DNA of 64,000 nucleotides, taken from contig BTUM01000001.1 of NCBI GenBank assembly GCA_045863235.1, forward strand, positions 192,001 through 256,000. Reading direction: 5' to 3'. Origin of the DNA: Candidatus Xenobia bacterium (GTDB taxonomy: Bacteria > Vulcanimicrobiota > Xenobia > Xenobiales > QWHO01). The position numbers and the translations under genes were made by a program. Each line of letters opens with the position of its first letter. Within the stretch, counting starts at the first letter, position 1. Positions 35,360 to 44,163 of the stretch are shown here, piece after piece. The notes below the pieces were generated by a model, which was given only the letters and a program-made list of their open reading frames with translations, did no database searches and was not told the DNA's origin.

Positions 35360-36285
35360 GAGGACACCGCCTGATCGGTCAGCTGGCTGTTCGCTTCCAG
35401 CAGCGCACCTTGACCGCGCACCAGCAACACCGGGCACTCGGCCCGGTGCACAACGCGCTCGGCCACGCTGCCGAAGAAGCCGCCCCCCTGGCTGGCCATG
35501 ACGATCAAGTCCTGGTTTTGCTCCAGAATCCGGTCAGCGGGTGAGCCGTGGCGATACGTGGTCTTGACCTTGTAGCCCTGGATTTCCAGGTCCCTGGCCT
35601 TCTCATCGAGATAGCGCTGGTGCGACTCATCCAGATCGGCCCGAACCATGTCAGCCCAGGTGCTGGGGATCTCGGTGCTGGCGAAGGTCGGGTTGGGGAA
35701 GTCGAGCACGCGCATCAAGGTCAGCTCGCTCTGATCCTGCCGGGCCAGCCAGCAGGAGCCTCCCAGGCTCTGCTCGGAGCGTGCCGTGCCGTCCAGAGGC
35801 ACCAGGATTCTCGGGTAGCGAGGCCACTGGCCGGCCACGGCCTGCTCCACCTGCTCGCGGGCCTGGGCGGCGCTGATCTCGGGAGAGCGCACCAGCAGCA
35901 CCGGGCAGTGGGAGTGGCGCATCACTTTGTCGGCCACGCTGCCCACCAACCAGCGGCTCAGGCCCCGGCGTCCGTGGGTTCCCATGACCACCAGGTCCGG
36001 TCGCAGCGACTCGGTCCAGTTGACGATCTCCTGGGCCGGTTGCCCGGGGGTCATCTCCAGGCGCCCACCGACCTTCTCGCTCAGAGTGCTCAGATAGGCT
36101 CGGTAGAGCTCGGGCCAGCTGCTCTCGACCTCGGCCAGCAGGTGAGCGGGCACGGCCGAGGCCAGATCCTCGCGTACCGAGGCTAACACCAGCTCGGCTC
36201 CCGAGCGGCTGGCCAGGCCGATGGCGTGGGGCAGGGCGGCTTCCGCCAGAGGCGAGCCGTCCAGGGGAACCAGGATTCTCCTCAT
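35356..36285 (-). CDS. Tandem universal stress protein
   Basis: ILVPLDGS twice, GTHGR, GSVA. Confidence 0.92.
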   Translation of the reverse strand: MRRILVPLDGSPLAEAALPHAIGLASRSGAELVLASVREDLASAVPAHLLAEVESSWPELYRAYLSTLSEKVGGRLEMTPGQPAQEIVNWTESLRPDLVVMGTHGRRGLSRWLVGSVADKVMRHSHCPVLLVRSPEISAAQAREQVEQAVAGQWPRYPRILVPLDGTARSEQSLGGSCWLARQDQSELTLMRVLDFPNPTFASTEIPSTWADMVRADLDESHQRYLDEKARDLEIQGYKVKTTYRHGSPADRILEQNQDLIVMASQGGGFFGSVAERVVHRAECPVLLVRGQGALLEANSQLTDQAVSS

Positions 36286-36294
36286 GCGCTCCTC

Positions 36295-36696
36295 CTAAAA
36301 CTTGACCGATTCGTGCTCGCTCGGAGTCAGGCCCAGCAGGTCGATGGGGCTGACCAGACCCAGCACCTGGTTGTGGTAGGTGACCACCAGCCGGTGGATG
36401 CGGTGCTGGCGGAACAGGTCCACGGCGACCTTCACGCGCATTCCGGCTTCGACCGTATGCACGTGTCGGGTCATGATGGTTTGCACCCGCCCATCGTCCT
36501 CAGGGCGCGGGAAAGCCAGGGAGGCGGCCACGTCCGAGAGGGAGATCAAACCGACCAGCAACTGGTCCGAGTCGATCACGGGGGCTCCCGTGATCTTGCG
36601 CCGAACGCACTCGGCCACGAACTGCTTGACATCCATGTCGGGCGTCACGCAGAAGACGTCTCGTTCCATGACATCGCGAATTCGAAGGTCTTTCAT
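36295..36696 (-). CDS. CBS-pair protein
   Basis: DVM, GAPV.D...VGLIS..D, IHRLVV. Confidence 0.9.
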   Translation of the reverse strand: MKDLRIRDVMERDVFCVTPDMDVKQFVAECVRRKITGAPVIDSDQLLVGLISLSDVAASLAFPRPEDDGRVQTIMTRHVHTVEAGMRVKVAVDLFRQHRIHRLVVTYHNQVLGLVSPIDLLGLTPSEHESVKF

Positions 36697-36740
36697 AGCT
36701 CTACCTTAGTCGCTCCCCCAGGGCTCGAAAATGACCTGAA

Positions 36741-38432
36741 TCAGTTCTTCCTCGCCGCCAGCCAGACGACCCCCACGGGGGGCTCGGGCAACTCGATCCG
36801 GTGGGTGACTTCCGTCAGGTCAGGGGAGAGGTGAACGAGCAGGTGCGGGTCTTTCAACCCGATCCAGAATCCCCCCTGCCCATCGCGGGCGGCACAGGTG
36901 GGGGTGCCCGCAAGAGCCGCCGAGGAGGGGTGCTCGGGCAACTCCAGAGCCAGCACCCGGTCCTCCAGCAGGGCCAGGCCCGGGCTGAGCGTGCGAACCA
37001 TTCCACCGGTCTTCAGGCGCTCCACGGGAGCCAGGCTTGCATCCACCCGGACCAACTCTGTTCCCTGGGCCACCCACCAGCCTCTTTCCCCTGCCGCCTG
37101 GATGGGTCCCGACAGAGGGAGCAGGCTCTGGAGCACCAGCTGGTCCTCCTTCATCAGGATGAGGCTCAGGACCCCCATCTGAGGCTCGGATAGCAGAGCC
37201 AGCAGGTTCTCCGATCTTTGCACAGGCAGGGCATGGTTGACGTAGCGACTGACGGGAAGGAGATAGGTGGCCTGGTCGGGGCAGTGCACGGCCAGCAGGC
37301 TGCGCCGCTCTTTTTGCAGGACGAAGAGCCACTTCCCGTCCGGGCTCAGCTCCAACTGATCGGGGCTGCCGTCGGTGGTCAGGCGTCGGGCCCGAAAGGT
37401 ACTGTCGTCCAGGACCTCCAGCTGGGCTGCCTGCTCGCGGGCCAGGTAGAGATACCCACCGCCTCCGGTCAGGTTGGTGAGGGGGGAGGCAAAGGAGAGG
37501 TCGCGCAGACGCTGGCCGTTGTCCAGGTCGAGCACCAACAAGCGCGAACCCGCCGCCACGGCCAGGGCGGCCGATTGGCGGGGGGGGAGGGGACGGCTGA
37601 GCCAGCTCCAAACGGCCAGAATCGCGATCATGAACAAGCCCGCCGTCGTGAGCACGATGGGGGTAACCCGCTGGCGGCGCGCGTCCAGCCAGGGGATGCG
37701 AAATCCTTCCAGGGGAGGAGTGTGGCCGACCCTCCGCTCCGCCATCAGCACCCGGCCCCGCTCCTCCAGCGACTGACGCAAGCCGGCAAAGTCGGTGTAG
37801 TTCTGGTCGGACCGCTCCGACAGGCAGCGCCCGATGACCCAGGAGAAGGCCGTGGCTGCGGGCTGCGAGTTCCGTGTCCAGCTTTCCAGCAATCTCCCGT
37901 AAGCCTGGAATGAGGCCAGCAGGTTGGGGGGAACGTTTTCCCTCCAGATCAGCCGGTCCAGGCCCGGGTCGACCAGAACCAGCACGCCGTCTTCCCGCAA
38001 AATCCAGGCCTCAGGTTGGAGGCTATCGGAGGCCAGCGGATGGCCGGACTTCCAGAGGAGCTCGGCAATCGTCAGGGCCTGACCGGCCCACTGATGGACC
38101 TCCTGCTGCGTGGGCGGCTTGTCGCTCCAGCGCACCCGGGTCTGGAGCCAGAACCCGGGGGTCTCCAGCCAGAAGAGATACGCGTGCGACTCGGTCAACT
38201 CGAGTTGCAGGATGGGTGCCAGCGACGGATGTTGCAGAGTCTGCAAAGCCCGCACGGCGTCGCGCAGTTCGGCCTCGTCCTTGGGCGAGAAGCCGGGGGG
38301 CAGCTCGATCTCCTCGGCCCGCCCGCGCTCGCCCTGGTCTCCCACCACCTGATAGATCACCCCGTGGGGTTTGCGAGCCAGCAGCCGCTCTACCCTCCAG
38401 CGCCCCAGCCGGGTGCCGGGAGTCAGGCTCAT
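36741..38432 (-). CDS. Pseudokinase-TM-beta-propeller protein
   Basis: Hanks-kinase-like N-terminus lacking catalytic motifs, TM, YncE-like SPDG repeats. Confidence 0.65.
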   Translation of the reverse strand: MSLTPGTRLGRWRVERLLARKPHGVIYQVVGDQGERGRAEEIELPPGFSPKDEAELRDAVRALQTLQHPSLAPILQLELTESHAYLFWLETPGFWLQTRVRWSDKPPTQQEVHQWAGQALTIAELLWKSGHPLASDSLQPEAWILREDGVLVLVDPGLDRLIWRENVPPNLLASFQAYGRLLESWTRNSQPAATAFSWVIGRCLSERSDQNYTDFAGLRQSLEERGRVLMAERRVGHTPPLEGFRIPWLDARRQRVTPIVLTTAGLFMIAILAVWSWLSRPLPPRQSAALAVAAGSRLLVLDLDNGQRLRDLSFASPLTNLTGGGGYLYLAREQAAQLEVLDDSTFRARRLTTDGSPDQLELSPDGKWLFVLQKERRSLLAVHCPDQATYLLPVSRYVNHALPVQRSENLLALLSEPQMGVLSLILMKEDQLVLQSLLPLSGPIQAAGERGWWVAQGTELVRVDASLAPVERLKTGGMVRTLSPGLALLEDRVLALELPEHPSSAALAGTPTCAARDGQGGFWIGLKDPHLLVHLSPDLTEVTHRIELPEPPVGVVWLAARKN

Positions 38433-40516
38433 GGCTTGATCCGGGCCAGCAACTGGGCCGAGTCGACCGGCTTGCTCAGGTAGGTATCGGCCAGCGGGTC
38501 ATGACGCTCGGCCCGGTCGCTGAGGAAAACCAGACGGGTGCTGGCCATGCCCAGGCTGGAGCCAAGGCTGCGGCCCAGCTCTTGGAGGTCCAGGCTCTTG
38601 AGCGCAAGATCGGCCAGGATCACATCGGGTTTCTGACTCCAGATCAGGGCCAACGCTTCCCGGGGATCCGAGCTGACCAGCAACTGCCAGTTCTGACTTC
38701 CGACCACTCCGCTCACCTGCTCCACCAGCGGTCCATCCTGGCTGAGCAGCATGATGCGCCGGCGGTTGTCCGGCGGACCGGGTCGCGGCGAGCGACAGTG
38801 CGGGCAGATCAACCAGTCGGCCTCCACCTCCTGGTGACACATCGGGCAGTGCAGCTGCAGATCTGCACCGCAGAAGACGCAGACCCCGAGCTGGGTGGGC
38901 ACCGGCCGATGGCAGTGGGGACAGGAGCGGCCACCCGGGGAGCGCACCGTGATGGCCCGCAGGACTTCGCTGAGGCTGGTCAGGCCCTGGCTCACCTTGG
39001 CCAGTCCGTCCTCGAGCAAAGTGCGGGTGCCCTCTTCGCGGGCGGCCTGGCTGATCAGGATTTCCCGCGGGTCGGAGAGCAGGATCTCGCGGATGCGGTC
39101 GCTGACCAGAATCAGCTCGAACAGACCGATGCGGCCCTTGTAGCCGACGAAGTCGCAGGCCGGGCAGCCGTTGGCCACGAAATCGCTCCTGGGTACCGGC
39201 TGTCCGGCCAGCGAGAGCAGCCGGGCGGCAGCGGGCGTCACCGGGCGCTCCCAGCGGCAGGCCTGACAGAGCCGTCGAACCAGGCGCTGGGCCACCACGG
39301 CCAGCAGACTGGAGGCGACCATGTAGGGCGGAATGCCCATGAGGATGAGCCGGGTGACGGTGGAGACGGCATCATTGGTGTGCAGGGTGGAGAGCACCAG
39401 GTGACCGGTCTGGGCCGCCTGGACGGCGATCTCGGCCGTCTCCAGGTCTCGAATCTCCCCCACCATGATGGTGTCTGGATCCTGGCGCAGAATGGAGCGC
39501 AGGGACGAGGCGAAGGTCAGCCCCGCGCGCGGGTTCATCTGCACCTGGTTGATCCCCTCCAGGCGGTACTCGATCGGGTCCTCCACGGTCACCAGGTTGT
39601 CGGCTTCCACGTTTAGATAGCGCAGGGCCCCGTAGAGAGTCGAGGTCTTGCCCGAGCCGGTGGGGCCGGTGGCCAGTACCATTCCCTGCCCGGCCCCCAG
39701 CACTGACTGCAGGCGGGAAAAGTCTTCGGGCACCAGACCCAGGGCATCGAGATCGACCACGACCTTTTCCGGGTCCAGAATGCGCAGCACGATCTTCTCG
39801 CCGTGGTGGGTCGGCAGCGCGCTCACCCGCAGGTCCACCTCGCGCCCCTCCAGGCGCACGCGGGTGCGACCGTCCTGCGGTTTGCGCGATTCGGAGATGT
39901 CTATCCCTGAAATCAGCTTGAGACGCGAGATGGTGGGCCCTTGGATGCGTTTGGGGAGGGCAACCACCGTGCGCAGGTAGCCGTCGATGCGATAGCGCAC
40001 CCGGAGGTTCTCTTCCATGGGCTCGACGTGGATGTCCGAGGCGCGCATGCGGATGGCGTCGGAGATCAGCGAGTTCACCAGCTGGATGATGGGGGCGCTG
40101 GGGGTGATGTCCTCTTGCTTCTCCTCTTCCTCCTCGGGCTCGTGCAGCAGCTCGAGCTCGGAAGACTCGGGAATGCGGTGCAAGATGTTGCTGATCAGCG
40201 TATCGACCGGCCCCAGGCGCCCCTGCAAGGCATCCTCGATTTCGCCCGGGGGGGCGATGACCCGCTCCACGTGGCATCCGGTTTTGAATCGGACGGCGTC
40301 CTCCGCCATCACGTCCAGGGGGTCGGCCATGGCCAGGGTGATCTTGTCTTCGTGGCGGTCCAGGGGCAGGATGCGGTAGTTGCGCAGCACCTCCATCGGG
40401 AGCAGGGTCATGAGCTCGGAGTTGAGGTCCTCATAGGCGATGTGGCGGCAAGGCAGGCCCGTTTCTTTGGCGAGCCGCTGGCAGTCGGCCCATTGCTCTT
40501 CCGGCGTCCTGGTCAT
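38429..40516 (-). CDS. GspE/PilB secretion ATPase with zinc ribbon and receiver-like C-terminus
   Basis: ASDIHVEP, GPTGSGKT, EDPIE, RQDPD, GEIRD, TLHTN. Confidence 0.93.
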   Translation of the reverse strand: MTRTPEEQWADCQRLAKETGLPCRHIAYEDLNSELMTLLPMEVLRNYRILPLDRHEDKITLAMADPLDVMAEDAVRFKTGCHVERVIAPPGEIEDALQGRLGPVDTLISNILHRIPESSELELLHEPEEEEEKQEDITPSAPIIQLVNSLISDAIRMRASDIHVEPMEENLRVRYRIDGYLRTVVALPKRIQGPTISRLKLISGIDISESRKPQDGRTRVRLEGREVDLRVSALPTHHGEKIVLRILDPEKVVVDLDALGLVPEDFSRLQSVLGAGQGMVLATGPTGSGKTSTLYGALRYLNVEADNLVTVEDPIEYRLEGINQVQMNPRAGLTFASSLRSILRQDPDTIMVGEIRDLETAEIAVQAAQTGHLVLSTLHTNDAVSTVTRLILMGIPPYMVASSLLAVVAQRLVRRLCQACRWERPVTPAAARLLSLAGQPVPRSDFVANGCPACDFVGYKGRIGLFELILVSDRIREILLSDPREILISQAAREEGTRTLLEDGLAKVSQGLTSLSEVLRAITVRSPGGRSCPHCHRPVPTQLGVCVFCGADLQLHCPMCHQEVEADWLICPHCRSPRPGPPDNRRRIMLLSQDGPLVEQVSGVVGSQNWQLLVSSDPREALALIWSQKPDVILADLALKSLDLQELGRSLGSSLGMASTRLVFLSDRAERHDPLADTYLSKPVDSAQLLARIKP

Positions 40517-40559
40517 GGCTCAAGCCTATCGCTTTCACGGTCAGGGCCAATGAGCTTGA

Positions 40560-41396
40560 TCATCTCTGCTCCCGGATGGGAACGACCAGCACCGAGCTCT
40601 CGGCGTAACGGGCGACTTGCTCGGCCACGCTGCCCAGCAACCAGCGCTTGAGACCGGTGCGTCCGTGAGAGGTGATCACGATCAGATCGGCGCGTTCGGC
40701 CAGAATGGAGCCGGTCGCCTGGCCCTCGACCACTCGCCGGGTGGTCTGGGTTCCCGGCACGGTGATCGCTTCTAACTCGGCCCCGATGGCCTGCATGATC
40801 GTCTCGCGCTCTTGCAGGGAGAGGGGGATGCCCTCGAGCTCGGCGCAGCGCAAGAGCTCGACCTGGCTACCCGGCTCGGCCAGGGCAGAGGCAACGGGGA
40901 TCGCCTGGAGCGAGTTGGGAGAGCCGTCCAGGGGGACCAGGAGCCGCTGCCAGGCGGTCTCTTCACCGCGCACCAGCAAGACCGGGCAGGAGGCGTGACG
41001 CATCACCCCCTCGGCCACGCTGCCGAGCAGAAAGCGCCCGCCGCCGGTGCGTCCGTGGCTGCTCATGACGATCAGGTCGACCGCCTGCTCGGTCACGGTC
41101 TCGATGAGCTCGCTTCGGGCCCCGCCTTCCTTGAGCAGGGCTCGCACCGTAAGCCCTCTGGCCGCCAGCTCCGTCTGCCAGCGCTCCAGATAGGGGAGAG
41201 CGGCCTGATGAGAGGTCTCGGCCAGCCGGAAGGCCAGCATGGGCATGACCCCGGCCGGGGCCGGCATGTAGGGCTCCACCACCCGCAGCAGCAAGAGCTC
41301 GGCCCCGAATCGGCGGGCCAGTCGCTCGGCCGTGGGCAGGGCGCGCTCGGAGAGCTCCGAGCCATCCAGGGGACACATCAGTCGCTTGATTTGCAT
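40560..41396 (-). CDS. Tandem universal stress protein
   Basis: PLDGS twice, SHGRTG, LGSVAE. Confidence 0.92.
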   Translation of the reverse strand: MQIKRLMCPLDGSELSERALPTAERLARRFGAELLLLRVVEPYMPAPAGVMPMLAFRLAETSHQAALPYLERWQTELAARGLTVRALLKEGGARSELIETVTEQAVDLIVMSSHGRTGGGRFLLGSVAEGVMRHASCPVLLVRGEETAWQRLLVPLDGSPNSLQAIPVASALAEPGSQVELLRCAELEGIPLSLQERETIMQAIGAELEAITVPGTQTTRRVVEGQATGSILAERADLIVITSHGRTGLKRWLLGSVAEQVARYAESSVLVVPIREQR

Positions 41397-41494
41397 GGCT
41401 GCAGCTTACTCTGATAAGCCAGCCGGGGAGAATGATCCTGCTCAGTCAGCCGGACTGATTTTCGTCATATCTGTCCCCCCTCCGGCGGACTAGC

Positions 41495-43153
41495 ATGGCC
41501 TCGAGGAAATCCACCGCAAAGGACGGTGTTGTTGTGAGTCGATACACGAGAGGTTTTGCACTGGCGGTGGCCCTGATCATCGTGGCCATCGTAACCATCG
41601 TCGTCTTCATGGCTGTCAACGTGGCCAACCTGGAATCGCGCGCGGTGAGGCAAGATGTCCAGGGGGCTCGGGCGCTCTATGCGGCCAGGGCCGGCCTGTC
41701 GATGGCCATGTCCAATCTGACCGGCCTGCGCGACCCTGACTGGGGGAATCCTGAGGTCACCATGGAGCTGTCTCCCGGGCTTTCTTTCCGCGTGAACATG
41801 GTGCCCCATCCGAACAACACCACTCCCCCGTTGCGCAGCCAGCTGGCCTGGATGGTGACCAGCACCGGGCTGGTCGGCTCTCCCCCGGCTCAGGTCCAGC
41901 GCACCCTGCAGGCTTTTGTTCAGCAGGAGCCCTTTTCCCGCTATGCCTATTTCACCGACGTGGAGCTGGGACAGGGCGGTCAGGTGATCCGCTTCGTCTC
42001 CAACGATGCCATTACCGGCCCGGTCCATACCAATGGCTTTTACACCTTCGCCGGTCACCCGCGCTTCTCGGAAACCGTCCGCTCGGCCAATCGGGCTCTG
42101 CCCTATGACTCCAACGGCCTGCTCCAGGGCTATGATCCCTACTATACTCCCCCAACCGACCCTCCGAACCCGCAGCCGGCTCACTACAATAGCCCGGGAA
42201 ATGCTGTCACCACCGACCCGGCCCTCTTTTACCACTGCGAGAACAACGGCTCCAACACGGTCAACGGACCGGTGGCCCTGGCTGGCAGCACTCAGTTTTC
42301 GATGGCCGGAGGCCAACAGATCGTGCCCCTGCCCATCGACAACCAGGCCATTTACTCGGTGGCTCAGGAGACCGGCCAGCTGATCAGCGCTCCGCTTCCC
42401 GCCAATCCGGGCGCTCAGCACTACTCGGTGGCGCCCGACAGTGTCGTCTACCGGGCCGAGTATGACGAGAACACCGGCCGCATGACCAGTTACACTCGCG
42501 ATGGCAGCGCCATCACGGCTCAGAATGCTCCCCCTGTCTTCAAGCTTACCTTCCGGGCTGATGCCACGGTAACCGGTGCCGAGGTCTACAAGTGGGACCC
42601 CAATACCTCCAGCTTCCGGGCATGGAATGTGGCCGCCCAGGATTACTCCGCCAACCCCAGCGCCCCGACGGTGATCGACACGACCGCCCAGACTCTCTAC
42701 GTGAACGGGACCTGTTTGCTGGAGGGCACGGTCAGCGGACGAACCACCATCGGCGTCCGCTATGACACCGGAATCATCGACAACCTGGTCTACCGTGAGC
42801 GGGCCAGCGACGTGCTCGGTATCGTGGCCAACCAGAGCATCATTCTCGAGAGCCGAATCAACGTGGTTCGCGACCGTTCCATTCACGCCACCATGATGGC
42901 TCTCAACGGCTCGTTCTACGTGGACAAATACAACCAGGGCTCCCCTCGGGGTATCCTCCACCTGTATGGAGGGATCATTCAGAGGGTGCGCGGAGCGGTC
43001 GGCACCGGCTCGGCCTCCACCATCGCTACCGGGTACGCCAAGGATTACATCTATGACGACAAGCTCGTCTTTCGCCCCCCACTCAACTTCCCCACCACGC
43101 CCAATGTCTACATCGTCAGTCTGCGAGATCAGGGGGCTGTAGGATCGTTATGA
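41495..43153 (+). CDS. PilX-like large minor pilin
   Basis: RG|FALAVAL prepilin-like site, A.YAA.AG, GPVHTNG, GY.K.Y.YD. Confidence 0.8.
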   Translation: MASRKSTAKDGVVVSRYTRGFALAVALIIVAIVTIVVFMAVNVANLESRAVRQDVQGARALYAARAGLSMAMSNLTGLRDPDWGNPEVTMELSPGLSFRVNMVPHPNNTTPPLRSQLAWMVTSTGLVGSPPAQVQRTLQAFVQQEPFSRYAYFTDVELGQGGQVIRFVSNDAITGPVHTNGFYTFAGHPRFSETVRSANRALPYDSNGLLQGYDPYYTPPTDPPNPQPAHYNSPGNAVTTDPALFYHCENNGSNTVNGPVALAGSTQFSMAGGQQIVPLPIDNQAIYSVAQETGQLISAPLPANPGAQHYSVAPDSVVYRAEYDENTGRMTSYTRDGSAITAQNAPPVFKLTFRADATVTGAEVYKWDPNTSSFRAWNVAAQDYSANPSAPTVIDTTAQTLYVNGTCLLEGTVSGRTTIGVRYDTGIIDNLVYRERASDVLGIVANQSIILESRINVVRDRSIHATMMALNGSFYVDKYNQGSPRGILHLYGGIIQRVRGAVGTGSASTIATGYAKDYIYDDKLVFRPPLNFPTTPNVYIVSLRDQGAVGSL

Positions 43154-43506
43154 GGTACGCAAGAGGTCTGTCTGTCCTGGAAGTTCAGCTCGCCTTTCTG
43201 GTGATGATCGTGGTCGTGCTCGCGCTGCTCGGCCTGGTGCCCGGCGCTGCACGCCAGAGCACCACCTCGAGTTCCTATACCCGGGCCCTCTACACGGCCA
43301 CGCAGGCCATGGAGGGGTGCCTGCAACGAAACACCGAGGGCGATACCGGCAGCGCGCCCGCTCCCGAGGTCGCTTCTACCGCCTTCGTCCGCTGGTCCAC
43401 CTCGGCCGGCCTCAATGCCAACACGCAGCGTGTTCTGGTCGAGGTCACCTGGATCGAGCAGAATCGACCCATGCGGGTCGAGCTTGTCAGCCTGATCTAT
43501 CAGTGA
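43150..43506 (+). CDS. PilV-like minor pilin
   Basis: RG|LSVLEV type III signal. Confidence 0.8.
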   Translation: MRYARGLSVLEVQLAFLVMIVVVLALLGLVPGAARQSTTSSSYTRALYTATQAMEGCLQRNTEGDTGSAPAPEVASTAFVRWSTSAGLNANTQRVLVEVTWIEQNRPMRVELVSLIYQ

Positions 43507-43521
43507 GGAAGGGGCATCATC

Positions 43522-44127
43522 ATGAGACGACAATCGGCAATCAGTCTGGCCGAGCTCTTGACGGCCATCTTCTTGTTCGGACTGTTTGGTTTGATGGTGC
43601 TCGCTTCGCTCCAACTGGCGTTGCGCCAGTGGACCTCGGTGTCGGGCCGGATGCGGGTCGCTCAGCAGGCCCGGTTCGTGCTCGGGGTCATGCAAGACGA
43701 GCTGCGGCAGGGGATTCCCTGGCGCGATGCCACCGATGGCTACCTGCGTCTGGGTGCCGGCACCGGACCCACGGCGCTGCTGATGCCCAACGAAACGACA
43801 CTGAACTCAGCCGTGCTCGAGTTCACTGAGCCTCACCCTCAGTACTACCTGCCCCTCAGCGGCGGCTGGAACCCTGAGGCTCCGGCCAACTTTCGCAACA
43901 TCACTTACCGGGTCAATGGCCTGGACGTCGTTCGCGAGGTGAGCTCGCACGACAAGGTTCCCCCTGACCCGCCGGAGATCGAGGTGATCTCCAGCGCTCG
44001 CCCCGGAGCCACGGTGGCTCTGGCTTTCACCTACCTCAGCCCCAACATGTGCGAGCTGGCGGTCACCAGCACTGCCGGGGACAACACCGAGACGGTTCGC
44101 ACCCGCTGCTTCATCGTGGGAAAGTAA
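43522..44127 (+). CDS. PilW/GspJ-like minor pilin
   Basis: SA|ISLAEL type III signal plus hydrophobic helix. Confidence 0.75.
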   Translation: MRRQSAISLAELLTAIFLFGLFGLMVLASLQLALRQWTSVSGRMRVAQQARFVLGVMQDELRQGIPWRDATDGYLRLGAGTGPTALLMPNETTLNSAVLEFTEPHPQYYLPLSGGWNPEAPANFRNITYRVNGLDVVREVSSHDKVPPDPPEIEVISSARPGATVALAFTYLSPNMCELAVTSTAGDNTETVRTRCFIVGK

Positions 44128-44163
44128 GGGGTCTTCAGGTCGGCCCGCGAATGCGCAAGCCCC

